From contig JBGUQI010000011.1 of assembly GCA_045130875.1 (NCBI GenBank), positions 73,828 to 137,827 on the forward strand: a DNA stretch of 64,000 nucleotides, given 5' to 3'. A model generated the notes under the pieces. That model was not told where the DNA came from, searched no databases, and saw only the letters and a program-made list of their open reading frames with translations. Below are positions 63,320 to 64,000 of the stretch, piece after piece (within the stretch, counting starts at the first letter, position 1; every line of letters begins with the position of its first letter). A program made the position numbers and the translations under genes. This DNA comes from Bacilli bacterium (GTDB lineage: Bacteria > Bacillota_I > Bacilli_A > RFN20 > CAG-826).

Positions 63320-64000
63320 TTATTGAGCAACTAGTGAAACACCGCTGGTGATGACACCGCCATCCCAAGATAATGAACCAACAACGATTTCATATTCATC
63401 TAAGTTTCTAATAAGTGTCGAACCCAAAATGTTCTCGGTTTTCTTTTCACCACCACTTTGATAGAAGTAGAACCATACACCATTAACTGTGCCATGGAAG
63501 TGAACATCTAAAGTATAGACACCATTGTCTTCAGCAAGTTTCTCGTTATCTCCACCCCAAGTACCAACTGCGCCATCTTGGTCAGTGGTTAAATGAACGG
63601 CAAATCCATAAGCGGCGGGATTCCAAATACTTAATGAAGAATCCGCTAAAACGAATTTGAAGGAAACGCTCTTATAATCGTTTCTGGTTAAATAGACTTT
63701 GCCACTTTCATTGAGATAGAAACTGAATGTTCCATTATATTTAATGGAAATATCATTTCCATCTAATTCAGCAAAGGCATATGTTTGGCCATCTAGATCA
63801 TGGAACCATACGGTTTCGCCATCAGCCTTTAATTGGCAAACTTGGAATTTGCCAGCACTGAGAGGAACGTTTTCAATTTGGGCTAGGTTTGTACCTTGAG
63901 GTTGCATCACACGACCACCCTCCATTTGCCAATCATAGCTACCGCCAAATTCACCGACTAAATAATAACCAGGAGTAACAATACCGGCATAGACACGAGA
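63320..64000 (-). CDS. C-terminal part of a secreted carbohydrate-binding-module-like protein (gene continues past the right edge)
   Basis: The ORF track starts at Met 63925, but the frame stays open to 64000 (SRVYAGIVTPGYYLVGEFGGSYDWQMEGG...). The GYYLVGEFGG..W and VWFYFYQSG beta-sandwich-like segments resemble starch/glycan-binding modules. No C-terminal anchor. Confidence 0.5.
   Translation of the reverse strand, partial: SRVYAGIVTPGYYLVGEFGGSYDWQMEGGRVMQPQGTNLAQIENVPLSAGKFQVCQLKADGETVWFHDLDGQTYAFAELDGNDISIKYNGTFSFYLNESGKVYLTRNDYKSVSFKFVLADSSLSIWNPAAYGFAVHLTTDQDGAVGTWGGDNEKLAEDNGVYTLDVHFHGTVNGVWFYFYQSGGEKKTENILGSTLIRNLDEYEIVVGSLSWDGGVITSGVSLVAQ

Noticed and set aside
1-64000. Search for mobile elements, prophage, defence systems (restriction-modification, CRISPR-Cas, abortive infection, toxin-antitoxin), tRNA/rRNA genes
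   Set aside because: No ORF shows transposase, integrase, recombinase, nuclease, methyltransferase, helicase or phage structural motifs. There are no terminal inverted repeats or tRNA-like cloverleaf candidates in the short spacers. The window is best explained as metabolic and surface-protein genes.

Overview
AT-rich (low GC by eye, not computed) bacterial chromosomal segment, almost fully coding and mostly on the minus strand. UGA acts as a stop (ATGA start/stop overlaps). Many exported proteins carry lipoboxes and none carries LPXTG. The five largest exoproteins end in one TM helix plus a Lys/Arg tail, which suggests a wall-less or Mollicutes/Erysipelotrichia-like Firmicute (inference). 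1-5.9 kb is purine salvage: a guanine-class purine riboswitch with an intrinsic terminator precedes a BMP-family nucleoside ABC importer, followed by apt, xpt and a guaA lacking its glutamine amidotransferase domain. 6-12.3 kb holds small accessory genes: three GNATs, lipoproteins, an ArsB/NhaD-type permease, a PTP-like lipoprotein and a SASA-type esterase. 12.4-57.4 kb is the main feature, a large glycan-utilisation locus of two long minus-strand operons (about 32573->12383 and 50766->33539), each divergent from an AraC regulator. The two operons carry paralogous parts: three GH78 alpha-L-rhamnosidases, two sugar ABC importers sharing one MsmK-type ATPase, alpha/beta-hydrolase and SGNH esterases, a tail-anchored clan-GH-A-like enzyme, two tandem paralogous lipoproteins that look like an uncharacterised GH71/GH99-like family, and giant lectin/Ig-repeat surface proteins. 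A GH112 phosphorylase and a GH127-like enzyme lie alongside. 58.4-64 kb encodes a further lectin-like tail-anchored protein translationally coupled to a second PTP-like lipoprotein, plus two more exported proteins. I saw no rRNA, tRNA, CRISPR array, transposase/integrase or recognisable defence genes. All family calls rest on motifs read by eye; no database search was run.
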